This document shows, piece by piece, positions 28,278 through 39,118 of a stretch of DNA of 64,000 nucleotides. The stretch lies in NCBI GenBank assembly GCA_040386375.1, contig JAZKFQ010000022.1:30372-94371 (forward strand), in the 5' to 3' direction. Within the stretch, counting starts at the first letter, position 1; every line of letters starts with the position of its first letter. The notes under the pieces were generated by a model. The model was not told the DNA's origin, did no database searches, and worked only from the letters and a program-made list of their open reading frames with translations. The position numbers and the translations under genes were made by a program. This DNA is from Pseudomonadota bacterium (GTDB lineage: Bacteria; Pseudomonadota; Gammaproteobacteria; Burkholderiales; Burkholderiaceae_C).

Positions 28278-28313
28278 GCGGGAGAACTCCGGGATCGGGT
28301 GCGGTGTGGGTGG

Positions 28314-29708
28314 TCAGTGGAAGCTGCGGCTGCCGTCGTTGCCATGGGCGCCATCGTCGGCGGCGATGCGGCGGTGCACCCGCTGCAGCACCAGCCAGGC
28401 GCCCAGCCCCAGCACCGGCACGGCGGCGCCGGTGACCAGGTCGGGCGACAGCGGCAGGCCGGCGGCCTTCAGCGCCTTGGCGCCGTAGCCCACCAGGCCG
28501 GCCAGGTAGTAGACGATGGCGGCCACCGACAGGCCCTCCACCGTCTGCTGCAGCCGCAGCTGCAGCTTGGCGCGGCGGGCGGTGGCGGCCAGCAGGGCCT
28601 GGTTCTGGCGCTCGCGGGCGATGTCGACCCGGGTGGACAGCAGGTTGCTGGCCTGCGCCACCCGCTCGCTCAGGTCGTGCAGGCGCCCGCTGGCGGTGGC
28701 GCAGGTGGCCATGGCCGGGTTCAGGCGCCGGGTCATGAACTCGTCGATGGTCTGCAGGCCCTGGATGCGCTGTTCACGCAGCTCGCCGATGCGGGTGGCC
28801 ACCAGGGCGTGGTAGGCCCGGCTGGCGCCGAAGCGTGCCTGGCTGGCGGCCAAGGCGCTCTCGACCTCGGCGGCCAGGGCCATCAGCTGCTGCAGCAGGG
28901 CTTCGTCCTGGGTGGCGGCGGCCTGGCCACCGGCCTGGGCCGCGGCGCCACCGGCGATGCGCGCGGTCAGCTCGGCCAGGGTGCGCTCGATGGCCTGCAG
29001 GCGCGGCCACAGGCCACGCGCCACCGGCAGGGCCAGCAAGGCCATCATGCGGTAGGCCTCGATCTCGAACAGCCGCTGCAGCATGCGGCCGGCCTGGCGC
29101 GCCGTCATGTCCCGGTCCAGCAGCAGGAAGCGGGCGAAGCCGTCGGGGTGGATCACGAAATCGGTGAAGGCCATGCCGGCGCCGTCACCGATGCCCGCAC
29201 CCACCACCACGTTGCTGCCGAAATGGGCGGCCAGCTGCTCCGCCGAGGGCGCGCCGGACGGGCCTGCCGCCGCATCCACCGCCGCATCCACCAGCAGCGC
29301 CGCCGCGGCCAGCTTGGCATGGGCGGCAAACACCGTGTGCCCCGGCACGCCGGCCAGCCAGCCGGGGGGCAGCATGGCCGCCACCGGCTCGGCAAACGGC
29401 TGGCTGCTGAGGCCGGCGGTGAAGAAGGTGTAGCTGGAGAACTCGCCGTGGCGCTCCCACTTGAAGCGCAGGGCGCCCAGGTTGGCTGCCCACTGCGTGC
29501 CACCGGCCGGCGGCGGCGCCACGCCGGTCACGCGGCACAGCGCCTCGATGTGGGCCAGCTCGGCGGCACGCGCCTCGGCGTCGATGCGCACCGCCACGTA
29601 GCTGGCGCGGCTGGGCGCGCTCAAGGGCTCCGGCGGCCGGGCATGCACCTCGGCGGCCAGGCTGGCGCGGTCGGGGTGGTCGGGGGGCAGCAGGGGCGTG
29701 GCGGGCAT
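28314..29708 (-). CDS. DUF3422 family protein
   Basis: HPDR..LAAEVHARP, KWERHGEFSSYTF, RLFEIEAYRMMALL, RLQQTVEGLSVAAIVYY. Confidence 0.85.
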   Translation of the reverse strand: MPATPLLPPDHPDRASLAAEVHARPPEPLSAPSRASYVAVRIDAEARAAELAHIEALCRVTGVAPPPAGGTQWAANLGALRFKWERHGEFSSYTFFTAGLSSQPFAEPVAAMLPPGWLAGVPGHTVFAAHAKLAAAALLVDAAVDAAAGPSGAPSAEQLAAHFGSNVVVGAGIGDGAGMAFTDFVIHPDGFARFLLLDRDMTARQAGRMLQRLFEIEAYRMMALLALPVARGLWPRLQAIERTLAELTARIAGGAAAQAGGQAAATQDEALLQQLMALAAEVESALAASQARFGASRAYHALVATRIGELREQRIQGLQTIDEFMTRRLNPAMATCATASGRLHDLSERVAQASNLLSTRVDIARERQNQALLAATARRAKLQLRLQQTVEGLSVAAIVYYLAGLVGYGAKALKAAGLPLSPDLVTGAAVPVLGLGAWLVLQRVHRRIAADDGAHGNDGSRSFH

Positions 29709-29802
29709 CGGGGTTGGACGGTGTCTGGCACGCCGGACCGGGATGTGGAAGCTTAAGCCACCGCCGGCCCGGCTTGCCTCGCCGGTTACCCCGAGTGTCG
29801 TG

Positions 29803-31047
<1,245 letters not shown>

Positions 31048-31086
31048 TCAATGCACACAACAGGCATACGCTTGCACAATTCGAAC

Positions 31087-32004
31087 ATGCCACGCCGCGC
31101 CGTCCGCTCGCCTGCCAGCACCACGCCCGGGGCCTTGCCCACCTATGCGCTGTACGGCGAGCCCGGCCGCACCCAGGCCACCGACTGGCTGCACTGCGAG
31201 CGCATCGCCGAGCGCAGCCAGCGCCACGATTGGGAGATCCGCCCCCACCGGCATGCATCCCTGCTTCAAATTCTGCACATCGCCCAGGGCAGGGCCGAGG
31301 CCTGGCTGGACGGCCAGGCCCAGACGCTGGCCGGCCCCTGCGTGCTGCTGCTGCCGGCCCTGGTGCCGCATGGCTTCGTCTTTGCGCCCGACATCGATGG
31401 CACGGTGGTCACCGTGCTCGACCAGCACCTGGCGCGCCTGCTGGCCGGCACGCCGGCGCTGGCGGCGCAGCTGGGCCAGCGCCAGCTGCTGCAGGCCGGG
31501 CCCGACGAGGCAGTGGCGCTGGACGAGGCGGTGGCGCGCCTGCGCGGCGAGTTCGGCACCACCGGCGCCTGGCGTGAGCTGGCGCTGGACGCAGCCCTGC
31601 TGCAGCTGGTGGTGCTGCTGGGTCGGCTGCTGCCGGCGCCGGTGGCCGCCGATGCCGCGCCGGCGGCCACCGGCGCGCGCGCGCTGGTCCATGTGCGCCG
31701 CCTGCGGGCGCTGGTGGAGGCGCAGTACCGCCAGCAGCCGGGGCTGGCGGCGCTGGCCGCGGCCCTGGGCATCACGCCCACCCAGCTCAACCGGGTCTGC
31801 CACCAGGTGCTGGGCCACTCGGCCCTGGGCGTGCTGCATGGGCGCCTGGTGCTGGAAGCCCAGCGCGACCTGGCCTACACCACGCTGTCGGTCAAGCAGA
31901 TCGCGCTGGGCCTGGGCTTTGCAGATGCCGGCTACTTCAGCCGCTTCTTCCTGCGCCAGACCGGCCACACGCCCAGCGCCTGGCGGGCGCTGGCGGCCCG
32001 GTAG
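31087..32004 (+). CDS. pobR: AraC-family regulator PobR
   Basis: PTYALYGE, HDWEIRPHRH cupin, AraC HTH (IALGLGFADAGYFSRFF); divergent from pobA. Confidence 0.88.
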   Translation: MPRRAVRSPASTTPGALPTYALYGEPGRTQATDWLHCERIAERSQRHDWEIRPHRHASLLQILHIAQGRAEAWLDGQAQTLAGPCVLLLPALVPHGFVFAPDIDGTVVTVLDQHLARLLAGTPALAAQLGQRQLLQAGPDEAVALDEAVARLRGEFGTTGAWRELALDAALLQLVVLLGRLLPAPVAADAAPAATGARALVHVRRLRALVEAQYRQQPGLAALAAALGITPTQLNRVCHQVLGHSALGVLHGRLVLEAQRDLAYTTLSVKQIALGLGFADAGYFSRFFLRQTGHTPSAWRALAAR

Positions 32005-32051
32005 GCGCCCGGCAGCCCGGTGTGCGGTCCGTCACGGACGGCGGCCGCGGT

Positions 32052-32079
32052 TCAAGTTCGGGCCCCGGTTTGCCGAAAG
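32052..32079 (+). promoter_or_regulatory. Putative sigma28 (FliA) promoter of the c-di-GMP gene pair
   Basis: TCAAG-N15-GCCGAAAG, spacer one base longer than consensus. Confidence 0.45.
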
Positions 32080-32136
32080 TCATGCCAAGCGGGCTCCGGT
32101 CCGCGCCTCTGACCCCTTGCCGGAAGACCACAGGCC

Positions 32137-33432
32137 ATGTCGCAGACGGTTGTCATCGAAGACTTGCAAGTCGGGATGTTCGTGCATCTCGACCTGGGCT
32201 GGTGGGCGCACCCGTTTGCGCTGTCGAGCTTTCTCATCACCAGCCCGGAGCAGATCGTCACCATCCGCGGCCTGGGCCTGAAGACACTGCGCTGGAGCCC
32301 GGAGAAGAGCCGCCTGGCCGATGCGCCGCAGGCCGCGCCTGCCACCGGTGCCGTGGCCGGGCCCGACCCGGTGCAGCCCGAGGTGGCCACCGGCGTGGTC
32401 GCCACGCTGCCCCTGGTACCCGCGCCGCAGGATCCATTGTCGGCCCAGCATGCCGCCCGTGTGCTGTGCGAGCAGCAGTACGGCGAGGCCGGCCGCGCCT
32501 GGCACGAGGCCCAGCGCCTGGTGCCGGTGGCGCCCGAGCAGGCGCGCACCGTCACCGAGGGCCTGACCCGCTCGCTGCTGGACAAGCTGATGGTGGACCG
32601 CGAGATGTGCGTGCGCGTGATCAGCGACGTGGGCGGCGACCGCGTCTCCGGCCATGCGCTGAACGTGGCCGTGATCGCCCTGCTGATGGGACGGGTGTTC
32701 GGCTTCGGCGAGGCCGACATGCTGGACCTGGGCGTGGGCGCCCTGCTGCACGACGTGGGCAAGCTGGAGCTGCCCGAGCGTGTGCGCCATGCCGACCTGC
32801 CGCTGAACCCGCGCGACCTGCAGGCCTACCGCGAACATGTGAACCTGGGCGTGGGCCTGGGCCAGCGCATGGGGCTGAGCGAGGGCGCGCTGAGCGTGCT
32901 GGCCCAGCACCACGAGATGGCCGACGGCAGCGGCTTCCCGGCCCGCCTGAACCTGGACCGCATGGCCATCGGCGCGCGCATCGTCTCGCTGGTCAACCGC
33001 TACGACAAGCTCTGCAACCCGGCCCAGCTGGCCAGTGCATTGACGCCGCACGAGGCCTTGTCGCTGATCTTTGCGCAGAGCCGCACCAAGTTCGACGCCA
33101 CCATGCTGAACGCCTTCATCCGCATGATGGGCGTGTACCCGCCCGGCTCGCTGGTGCAGCTGACCGACGACCGCTATGCCACCGTGGTCAGCTGCAATTC
33201 CAGCCGGCCGCTCAAGCCCCGGGTGCTGGTGTGCGACACCAAGGTGCCGGTGGACCAGGCGCTGCTGCTGAACCTGGACGGCCAGATCGACCTGGGCATC
33301 CGCCGCAGCCTCAAGGCCACCCAGCTGCCGGCCGCCGCACGCGACTACCTGTCGCCGCGCCAGCGCATGGTGTATTTCTTCGAACCCGTGCCGGCCGATG
33401 TGCTGGGCACCGTCGAGGCGCTGGCCGCGTGA
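32137..33432 (+). CDS. DUF3391/HD-GYP domain protein
   Basis: LQVGMFVHLDLGW..HPF N-terminus, LLHDVGK, HHEMADGSGFP. Confidence 0.88.
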   Translation: MSQTVVIEDLQVGMFVHLDLGWWAHPFALSSFLITSPEQIVTIRGLGLKTLRWSPEKSRLADAPQAAPATGAVAGPDPVQPEVATGVVATLPLVPAPQDPLSAQHAARVLCEQQYGEAGRAWHEAQRLVPVAPEQARTVTEGLTRSLLDKLMVDREMCVRVISDVGGDRVSGHALNVAVIALLMGRVFGFGEADMLDLGVGALLHDVGKLELPERVRHADLPLNPRDLQAYREHVNLGVGLGQRMGLSEGALSVLAQHHEMADGSGFPARLNLDRMAIGARIVSLVNRYDKLCNPAQLASALTPHEALSLIFAQSRTKFDATMLNAFIRMMGVYPPGSLVQLTDDRYATVVSCNSSRPLKPRVLVCDTKVPVDQALLLNLDGQIDLGIRRSLKATQLPAAARDYLSPRQRMVYFFEPVPADVLGTVEALAA

Positions 33433-33487
33433 ACCCGCCGGGCCATCCCCTGGGCCAACACCGCCGGGCGCAGCCCGAAGGGTGCCC

Positions 33488-35608
33488 ATGACCTCGCCGC
33501 CCGTGCACGATGCGCTGGTCGGCTGGCGGGCGCTGCTCGACGCCCTGGGCGAGCCCGCCTGGCTGGTGGACGCGCACGACCAGCAGGTGCTGGCCGTCAA
33601 TGCCGAAGCCCTGACCTTGCTGGGCCTGGACGCAGCTGCGGTGCTGGGCCAGGCCGCCGACGGCCTGATCGCCACGCCCGAGGACCTGGCCTTCTGGGAC
33701 GAGGCCCGCGCCGCGGCCGACCTGCCCTGGCAGCAGGGGCCGGGCACCCTGCTGTCGGACACCACCCTGGTCAACGCCGCCGGCCGCCTGGTGCAGGTGA
33801 CGCGCCGCATCCGCGCCCTGGGGCCGGCCAGTGCCGCACCGCAGGCCTACCTGGTGGTGGTGCACGACCGCAGCGCCGCCCAGCGCGAGGCCGACGAGCG
33901 TGAGCAGCTGCTGTCGGAGCTGCAGGCCACGCTGGAATCCACCGCCGACGGCATCCTGGTGACCGACCTGGCCGGCCGCATCCGCGCCTTCAACCGACGC
34001 TTCGCCCAGATCTGGGGCCTGCCCGAGAACCTGCTGACCGAGCGCCGGGACGACGCCGTCTGGGACTGGATGCGCCGCAGCGTGGTCGACCCCGAGGCCT
34101 ACAGCCGGCGCCTGGAGCAGATCCACGAGGCCACGCTGCTGCAGGCCAGCGAGCGCATCACGCTGCACTCGGGCCAGGTGCTCGAACGTGTCACCCAGCC
34201 GCAGCACAGCCGCGGCCGGCCCTGCGGCCGGGTCTGGGCCTTCCGCGACCACACCGAGCTGGTGAGCGCCGGCGCGCGCATCGAGGCGCTGTCGTCCACC
34301 GACGCGCTGACCGGCCTGTTCAACCGCCGCCAGATGGGCGAGGCGGTGACCGAGGCCATCCGCCAGGCGCGGCGCAGCGCCGGCAGCCTGGCCCTGCTGC
34401 TGCTGGACCTGGACCGCTTCAAGCAGATCAACGACAGCCTGGGCCACGAGGTGGGCGACCAGGTGCTGCTGGACTGCGCCGACCGGCTCAAGACCTGCCT
34501 GCGCCAGGGCGACGTGGTGGCGCGCATGGGTGGCGACCAGTTCGCCCTGCTGGTGCACGAGGCCGACGAGCGGGGCGCCGAATCCACCGCGCGCCGGGTG
34601 CTGGACGTCGTGTCCAGCCCCTGCTCGGTGGAAGGCCTGCAGTTCACCCTGACCTGCAGCGTGGGCGTGGCCCTGTTCCCCGCCGACGGCACCGACGCCG
34701 AGCAGCTGGTGCGCCATGCCGAATCGGCGATGCAGCGCGCCAAGCAGGGCGGGCGGGCCAGCTTCCGCTTCCACCAGGCCCACCAGGACGCCGACATGCG
34801 CCAGCGCATGCGGCTGGACCATGCCATGCGCCAGGCCCTGGCCAGCCAGCGCTTCCGCCTGCACTACCAGCCGCAGGTCGAGCTGAAGACCGGCAACGTG
34901 GTGGGCGCCGAGGCGCTGATCCGCTGGCGCGACCCGGAGCTGGGCGAGGTCTCGCCCGGGCAGTTCATCCCGGTGGCCGAGGAGACCGGCTTCATCATCG
35001 CCATCGGCGACTGGGTGCTGGAGCAGGCGGTGCGCCAGGCCGCCCGCTGGCGCGACGACGGTTTCCCGCTGCCGGTGTCGGTGAATGTCTCGGCGCTGCA
35101 GTTCCAGCAGGCCGGCTTCATCGACCGCGTGGCCAGCGTGCTGCGCGAGCACCAGCTGGCCGGTGAGCTGCTGGAGCTGGAGCTGACCGAATCCATCCTC
35201 GTGCACGATGCCAACGAGGCCCTGGCCCGGCTGAGCCGGCTGTCGCAGCTGGGCGTGCGCCTGGCCATCGACGACTTCGGCACCGGCTATTCCAGCCTGT
35301 CCTACCTGAAGCGCTTTCCCATCGACCGGCTGAAGATCGACCGCAGCTTCGTCAAGGGCCTGCCGGCCGACGAGAGCGACGGTGCCATCGTGCGCGCCAT
35401 CGTGCAGCTGGCCCAGGCGCTGTCGATGAAGGTGATCGCCGAGGGCGTGGAGACCGAGCCGCAGCGCGCCTTTCTGCGCGAGCTGGGCTGCGACGAGTTC
35501 CAGGGCTTCCTCTACGCCCCGGCGCTGGACGCGCTGAGCTTCGAGGAGCGGGTGCGCCCCGCCCGCAGCGGCCGCGGCCGCCCGCGGCTGAGCCTGGTGC
35601 TGCGCTAG
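33488..35608 (+). CDS. PAS-PAS-GGDEF-EAL protein
   Basis: DALTGLFNR, DLDRFKQINDSLGH, GGDQF, AEALIRW, DDFGTGYSSL, AEGVET. Confidence 0.93.
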   Translation: MTSPPVHDALVGWRALLDALGEPAWLVDAHDQQVLAVNAEALTLLGLDAAAVLGQAADGLIATPEDLAFWDEARAAADLPWQQGPGTLLSDTTLVNAAGRLVQVTRRIRALGPASAAPQAYLVVVHDRSAAQREADEREQLLSELQATLESTADGILVTDLAGRIRAFNRRFAQIWGLPENLLTERRDDAVWDWMRRSVVDPEAYSRRLEQIHEATLLQASERITLHSGQVLERVTQPQHSRGRPCGRVWAFRDHTELVSAGARIEALSSTDALTGLFNRRQMGEAVTEAIRQARRSAGSLALLLLDLDRFKQINDSLGHEVGDQVLLDCADRLKTCLRQGDVVARMGGDQFALLVHEADERGAESTARRVLDVVSSPCSVEGLQFTLTCSVGVALFPADGTDAEQLVRHAESAMQRAKQGGRASFRFHQAHQDADMRQRMRLDHAMRQALASQRFRLHYQPQVELKTGNVVGAEALIRWRDPELGEVSPGQFIPVAEETGFIIAIGDWVLEQAVRQAARWRDDGFPLPVSVNVSALQFQQAGFIDRVASVLREHQLAGELLELELTESILVHDANEALARLSRLSQLGVRLAIDDFGTGYSSLSYLKRFPIDRLKIDRSFVKGLPADESDGAIVRAIVQLAQALSMKVIAEGVETEPQRAFLRELGCDEFQGFLYAPALDALSFEERVRPARSGRGRPRLSLVLR

Positions 35609-35685
35609 CGTCTGTCAAAAGAGCCCCGACAGGGGCCGGTGCACAATTGCCGACTGCCCCGCCTGCGCCGGGGCCAGAGGTGGCG

Positions 35686-36009
35686 ATGATCTACAAATTC
35701 AAGAGCAAGGCCAGCGGCGACATCATCATGATGGGCCCCACCGGTGACGCGCTGCTGCGTGCCATCGGTCGCGAGCCGGCGCCCTCGGGCATCATCGAAC
35801 CCGCGGCCATGGCCGCCGCCATGGCCGCCATCGAGCAGGCCGTGCTGGCCGACGAAGCCGCCCGTGCCGAGGCCGAGCGCGAGGCCGCCGGCCGCGGCGA
35901 GCGCCTGGCCCCGCGCGAGGGCGTGGCCCTGCGCCAGCGGCTGTGGCCGATGCTGGACATGCTCAAGCGCTCGGGTGCTGCCGGCGAGCCGGTGGTCTGG
36001 GGCGTCTGA
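35686..36009 (+). CDS. DUF1840 family protein
   Basis: MIYKFKSKASGDIIM...LRQRLWPMLDML...VVWGV. Confidence 0.85.
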   Translation: MIYKFKSKASGDIIMMGPTGDALLRAIGREPAPSGIIEPAAMAAAMAAIEQAVLADEAARAEAEREAAGRGERLAPREGVALRQRLWPMLDMLKRSGAAGEPVVWGV

Positions 36010-36031
36010 GACCCCCTGCCGGAAGCAAGCG

Positions 36032-36661
36032 ATGAAGATCTGGAGCGACGCCTGGAGCAATGGCGAAGCCATTCCCCAGCGCTTTGCCGCCGGACGGCTG
36101 GCCGAGGACGGCAGCGTGGCCTTCTCCGACAACCTGAGCCCGCCGCTGGCCTGGAGCGACCTGCCGCCGGGCACGCGGTCCCTGGTGCTGGTGTGCCACG
36201 ACTTCGACGTGCCCAGCAGCGTGGCCGACGTGAACCAGCCCGACCGCGAGGTGCCGGTGGACCTGCCGCGGGTGGATTTCTTCCACTGGCTGCTGGTGGA
36301 CCTGCCGCCCAAGGTGAGCGGCTTTGACGAGGGCCAGTGGAGCCGCGGTTTCACGCCGCGAGGCAAACCCGGGCCGGCCACTGGCGGCCCGGCGCGCCAG
36401 GGCCTGAACGACTACACCGGCTGGTTCGCCGGCGATGCCGCCCACGCCGGGCGTTACTTCGGCTACGACGGCCCGTTCCCGCCGTTCAACGATTCACTGG
36501 TGCACCACTACCTGTTCGCCTTGTATGCGCTGGACGTGCCGCGCCTGGCGGTGGACGGCGACTTCACCGGCACCCAGGTGCGCGAGGCCCTGGCCGGCCA
36601 TGTGCTGGGCGCGGCCACGCTGTCGGGCACCTACACGCTGAACCGACGCCTGCGCGGCTGA
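36032..36661 (+). CDS. YbhB/YbcL family (PEBP/Raf kinase inhibitor-like) protein
   Basis: NLSPPLAW, CHDFDVP, FFHWLLVD, YDGPFPP, HHYLFALYALD. Confidence 0.9.
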   Translation: MKIWSDAWSNGEAIPQRFAAGRLAEDGSVAFSDNLSPPLAWSDLPPGTRSLVLVCHDFDVPSSVADVNQPDREVPVDLPRVDFFHWLLVDLPPKVSGFDEGQWSRGFTPRGKPGPATGGPARQGLNDYTGWFAGDAAHAGRYFGYDGPFPPFNDSLVHHYLFALYALDVPRLAVDGDFTGTQVREALAGHVLGAATLSGTYTLNRRLRG

Positions 36662-37299
36662 TGGACGCCACCCGCCTGGTGGCCATCCGCCACGGCGAGA
36701 CCGCGTGGAACGCCGCGCAGCGCCTGCAGGGCCACCGGGACATCCCGCTCAATGCGCTGGGCCGGCGCCAGGCCGCCACCCTGGGTGCGGCCCTGGTCGA
36801 CGAAGGCCTGGTGGCGGTGGTGGCCAGCGATCTGCAGCGGGCCTGGCAGACCGGGCAGGCCCTGGCCGGCGCGCTGGGCCTGCCGCTGGTGGCCGAGCCC
36901 GGCCTGCGCGAGCGTGGCTTCGGCATGCTGGAAGGCCTGACCCATGCCGAGATCGAGGCGCAGTGGCCGCTGCAGGCGCGGCGCTGGCGCACCCGCGAGC
37001 CCGGCTTTGCGCCCGACGGCGGTGAGAGCCTGGTCGACTTCCAGGCACGCTGCCTGGCCACGGTCGACCGGCTGGCGGCCGCCTACGCCGGCCAGGCCAT
37101 CGCCTTGGTCTGCCACGGTGGTGTGCTCGACGGCCTTTACCGCGCCGCCACCCGTGTGGCGCTGGACCGGCCGCGCAGCTGGGCGCTGGGCAATGCCAGC
37201 ATCAACCGCCTGCTGCACACGCCGCAGGGCCTGAGCCTGGTGGGCTGGGGCGATGTCGCCCACCTCGCCGGCGTGGCCCGTGACGACGCCTCGGCGTGA
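36661..37299 (+). CDS. Histidine phosphatase family protein
   Basis: RHGETAWN, SDLQRAWQT, LRERGFG, CHGG. Confidence 0.9.
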   Translation: MDATRLVAIRHGETAWNAAQRLQGHRDIPLNALGRRQAATLGAALVDEGLVAVVASDLQRAWQTGQALAGALGLPLVAEPGLRERGFGMLEGLTHAEIEAQWPLQARRWRTREPGFAPDGGESLVDFQARCLATVDRLAAAYAGQAIALVCHGGVLDGLYRAATRVALDRPRSWALGNASINRLLHTPQGLSLVGWGDVAHLAGVARDDASA

Positions 37300-37474
37300 G
37301 CGGTCAGGGGCCTGTCTCACGGTGAAGCGGCCTCGTCGGGCAGCTGGACCTGCGGTTGGCGGGCCGACCCCGGTCTGGCCCTTCGCGCGGGCCTGCGGGA
37401 TTGGCCGCTGCGTGCGCAACAAGCCTGGTGCCAAACAAATCACGAACTGCGGCGCCTGAGCCCGCCACGTGGCA

Positions 37475-37501
37475 TCAAGCGCCAGCCAGAGCGGCCGATA
37501 A
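37475..37501 (+). promoter_or_regulatory. sigma28 (FliA) promoter upstream of the pilin cassette
   Basis: TCAAG-N14-GCCGATAA, exact consensus spacing and -10. Confidence 0.75.
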
Positions 37502-37773
37502 ACCGACCACGACCTCCGAGAGGATCTTGGGCCAGGGTCGCAACTCACGCCATGTGACCAGCTCTGGCTGGCGCATGCGCTCGGCTTGTCTCACCACCTT
37601 TGTCCCGTCCCGCCATGAAGCCGTTCAGTCATCTGGAAATGTCGACCCCGGCAGCGCGCGCCACGATCGCGGCATTGCCTGGACTCCGCCGACCCCATGG
37701 AGAAGCTGTCGCGTGCGGCGGCTGCAACCCGGCGCTGCAGACGGGGCGCGGTCATCTCGCGCCTTTGCAGGCT

Positions 37774-38217
37774 GTGCGGTGGGTCAGCCGCGCCAGGCGT
37801 GGGTTCACGCTGATCGAAGTCATGGTCGTGGTCGCGATTCTGGCCATCCTGTCGGCCATCGCGCTGCCGGGATACGGGTCCTACATCACCCGGCAGAAGC
37901 TGGTGGCTGCGCAGAGTGATCTCCAGGCGCTCTCCATGAACATGGAGAACTATCTGCAGAACACCACGCAATATCCGTCGGCATCGGGCAGCATCGACTC
38001 AACGGCCGCGCTGAAAACCACGCTGCCGGGCTGGAACCCTGCAGCCAGCGCTGATTTCCGCTACCAGGTCACGGCGGTGTCCAACAGTGCCCAGCCTCCG
38101 ACCTATACCCTGCAGGCCATTGGCACGACCGGCAATGTGTCGGGCTGTGTGGTGACATTGAGCAGTGCCAACCTGCGCACGTTGGCTGGCTGCAGCGTCG
38201 GCGGCTCCACATGGTGA
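37774..38217 (+). CDS. PilE-like type IV pilin (start uncertain; 37615 or 37639 possible)
   Basis: RRG|FTLIEVMVVVAILAILSAIALPGY; C-terminal Cys pair. Confidence 0.88.
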   Translation: MRWVSRARRGFTLIEVMVVVAILAILSAIALPGYGSYITRQKLVAAQSDLQALSMNMENYLQNTTQYPSASGSIDSTAALKTTLPGWNPAASADFRYQVTAVSNSAQPPTYTLQAIGTTGNVSGCVVTLSSANLRTLAGCSVGGSTW

Positions 38218-38723
38218 CAGGCCCCGTGACGGGTTGCGACGAGCCACAGGCGCGGGTTGCGCGCCGCGCGCATGGATGGACGCTGGTCGAGCTGGCGGTG
38301 GTCCTGGGTGTGGCAGCCTTGTTGTTGGCGTCGGTGGGGCCGATGGGCGTGGCCTGGGTGGACAACGCGAAAAGCCTGAACGCACGGGCGACCTTGCAGA
38401 CTGGCTTCTCGGCCGCGCGCGCGCTGGCACTTCAGAACCCTGGGGGCATCACGCTGAACGGCCCGGCGGCGATTTTGTGCCTGGCCGGCTCCGGTTCGGT
38501 GCGTGTGTATGTCGGCGGATCTTGCCCTGGATCGGGCGCCGCCGTCTGGCAGGGCTCGATGCCGTCCGGCACACAGCTGACGATCGGCGGCGTGTTGTGG
38601 CCACCCTGCATCAGCCTGAACAACCGGGGGCAGCCGATGGCAGGCGCTTCCGGCTGCAGTACAAACCTTCAATTCACTCTGACAGTGGGACAGGCCAATG
38701 TCGCGAACACCACGCTCTACTGA
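38211..38723 (+). CDS. FimT/FimU-like minor pilin
   Basis: AHG|WTLVELAVVLGV, ARALAL motif, FNxxG-like LNNRG. Confidence 0.8.
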   Translation: MVTGPVTGCDEPQARVARRAHGWTLVELAVVLGVAALLLASVGPMGVAWVDNAKSLNARATLQTGFSAARALALQNPGGITLNGPAAILCLAGSGSVRVYVGGSCPGSGAAVWQGSMPSGTQLTIGGVLWPPCISLNNRGQPMAGASGCSTNLQFTLTVGQANVANTTLY

Positions 38724-39114
38724 CCGGCGCCGAGCCATTGCGGGCTTCATGTTGATCGAAGCCGTGGTGGGCACGGCGGTTGTCGGTCTCGTCTGTGCCG
38801 CGTCGGTCTATGCGGTCGGCCGCAGCGCCAATGCACAACACAACGCCGACCTGCGCGCCCAGGCGGTGGAGCAACTGGCGAACCGGCTGGCAGCCCAGGG
38901 TGTCGCCTTGTGCAACACATCGTCCGAGACCATCACGGTTGCCGGCCAGGTTGGCACGGTCTCGGTCACCTGCTCGCAGCAAAGCGCCACGGTGACCTTG
39001 CCCGGCGGCGGGCTTGCGCCGGTGGTGTTGTCGGGGCAGTTCCTGATCCAGGCGGCCGTCGACATGCCGTTGCTCGGTGGCCGGATCACTGTCTCGTCGG
39101 CCGGGGGCAGCTGA
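38698..39114 (+). CDS. PilV-like minor pilin
   Basis: IAG|FMLIEAVVGTAVVGL, RAQAVEQL. Confidence 0.75.
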   Translation: MSRTPRSTDRRRAIAGFMLIEAVVGTAVVGLVCAASVYAVGRSANAQHNADLRAQAVEQLANRLAAQGVALCNTSSETITVAGQVGTVSVTCSQQSATVTLPGGGLAPVVLSGQFLIQAAVDMPLLGGRITVSSAGGS

Positions 39115-39118
39115 GACC

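Noticed and set aside
37420-37445. sigma54-like TGGCACCAGGCTTGT on the minus strand
   Set aside because: The -12 GC is imperfect and it points away from the pilin genes into the 3' end of a convergent gene
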